This document shows positions 63,601 through 64,000 of a stretch of DNA of 64,000 nt, in pieces. The number at the start of each line of letters is the position of its first letter. Position 1 is the first letter of the stretch. The DNA is from Candidatus Borrarchaeum weybense (lineage in GTDB: Archaea > Asgardarchaeota > Sifarchaeia > Borrarchaeales > Borrarchaeaceae): NCBI GenBank assembly GCA_019057385.1, contig JAHQJS010000006.1, positions 900,536 to 964,535 on the forward strand. The letters are read 5' to 3'. Under the pieces are notes generated by a model. It did not search any database. It was not told the origin of the DNA and saw nothing but the letters and a program-made list of their open reading frames with translations. The translations under genes and the position numbers were made by a program.

Positions 63601-63766
63601 TGAAGAAATTCTTCGTAAATTAGTCAATTATGCTCCCTTTACAATTATAAGGCCCTTTGCGAACTTTATGGATACTCAAACAAATAGATCACTTAAATTT
63701 GTATTAATGCGTCTAATCAGTAAATATATCGAACTTTTCAGGCATTCTAAAATAAGTATACTTTAA
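60653..63766 (+). CDS. Large surface protein: N-terminal signal/TM, Gly10 linker, acidic beta-rich ectodomain, TM helix, longin/roadblock-like cytoplasmic domain
   Basis: Many NxT/S sequons; TM LSVAILSIAFIMVINSLL; LYVYTNTGL...DEALMTGALAGISSLIAE...IIIEYG. Confidence 0.75.
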   Translation: MSSNIRKASLIALQVFLVILVISLAFNFAFTPKITTDYSNDGSTLSPEDYINSLDNGGGGGGGGGGSTPINPNNPSGSGNDFDVIEYFESTTSDQDMRIYNDTGSPDIVIEAPSQSTDLIYYNLTIEHTYVESELIWPDDWIDRYHYVNLGADLLEVNSTEMGYAYRFSITSVYGAVFIDSISLGLINPNQTAGTDFLLYILKENVTNGLPDASSNATYTGVMYYQQFTAPPEVSWEEYIPDEKWVLPNGNYYIGITLSNEPDPLPAGFYDYLYWLASNDTYDILSDDDQPTYVTLNHTKGGNTQWTEIGFDCAFMYHRSGISVTEHIGMQVFCNDEINGTYILSENATRYGAPGPLPPWEGLAVWSVNATNDPIAPRGDGTFDFDIIYQELPDFIHTFIGYTLYCEFSDGTVYSADSTYSVTSGNDVEWTLEYEFDILDDDFNGSLEITDIPSDWTITSVKAPDNSEHASNVTLDLNANGLYNLTIPYNISQSGTWELHFTSPNYVDEVYSQEYSEAGYFNQTTFYSSDEMRVNAYIENLSGSVGGGTATLTVLKPDSTDVAHTKTSGADSNGRITFSDWEVPYNEPTGNYRLQVLWNNGTEVGFLDTIVKINSESLDGGESSQESGEAKNYLTVNADYEGILERGHSLDIQINVTRWGNVVEGFNITLKFLDETYTITVYDEVESNELQVNQMGAVSTFQKGSYFDVTETEGIYDIQIETANLTPGSYTFEIYASKEGFEDTGSVFDFTVERMSVSTFFVAYSPKVVTFNPLPSLSVAILSIAFIMVINSLLFSPVDAEKFIDLYVYTNTGLGIDHVSFGSFETDEALMTGALAGISSLIAEATQTKTPPKVIEKEEFTIIIEYGEFIAASLFAKVKARSFAHRKISHDLRMLVKDFESENKDALEHWTGDLSKIEPLSKYIISGFRLKPSMYLTDLKYEYGVLNYEKKNLFNAFLLLVDAFKSYLENKNIEKANQAFFLLEEILRKLVNYAPFTIIRPFANFMDTQTNRSLKFVLMRLISKYIELFRHSKISIL

Positions 63767-63918
63767 AGGGAATTAGAAAAAACCACACTTTTTTTAAATA
63801 GAATTACAAAATGTAGAACAGCATCCAATTTACAGAAGATTTAAGTATTTGACTAAGTTCTAAAGATTTACATTCAAAAAGAGATCTAATATCTTCCGAA
63901 AAAGATATTTCAGATGAA

Positions 63919-64000
63919 GTCAACTACCCCACCTTAAAGGGTAGGGCTTGGGAAACCAAGTTCCTTAGTTGATTAGAGGGCTTCCCTTTGTGGGAGCAGC
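63919..64000 (+). mobile_element. Start of a second IscB-type element / omegaRNA, cut by the window edge
   Basis: GTCAACTACCCCACCTTAAAGGGTAGGGCTTG...TAGTTGATTAG matches the layout of the end at 4258. Confidence 0.75.

Overview
AT-rich archaeal chromosomal segment, most likely Asgard-type. This assignment is inferred from a membrane-anchored surface protein with a longin/roadblock-like cytoplasmic tail, PCI-like and Zn-ribbon/coiled-coil proteins, and methanofuran and Hdr/Mvh/Frh-family genes. Anaerobic energy metabolism dominates. (i) An mvhD-fdhA-fdhB operon continues into a NuoC-like gene and a NuoI+NuoB+NuoD triple fusion. Its large subunit has CxxD/CxxD instead of the NiFe CxxC/CxxC ligands (MBS/Mbx-like), and no membrane arm is encoded in the window. 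(ii) A 10 kb hdrC-B-C-B-hdrA/mvhD-hdrA'-hdrA''-mvhD-wHTH-frhB operon. (iii) sdhA-sdhB-fumC without anchor subunits. (iv) Dispersed mfnB/D/E/F methanofuran genes. Mobile DNA comprises an intact non-autonomous IscB element with its omegaRNA, the start of a second omegaRNA at the window end, two degenerate end remnants, and an HTH-LAGLIDADG-like gene inside a duplicated Zn-ribbon locus. No rRNA, tRNA or CRISPR array was recognised. All calls come from motif recognition by eye; no searches were run.
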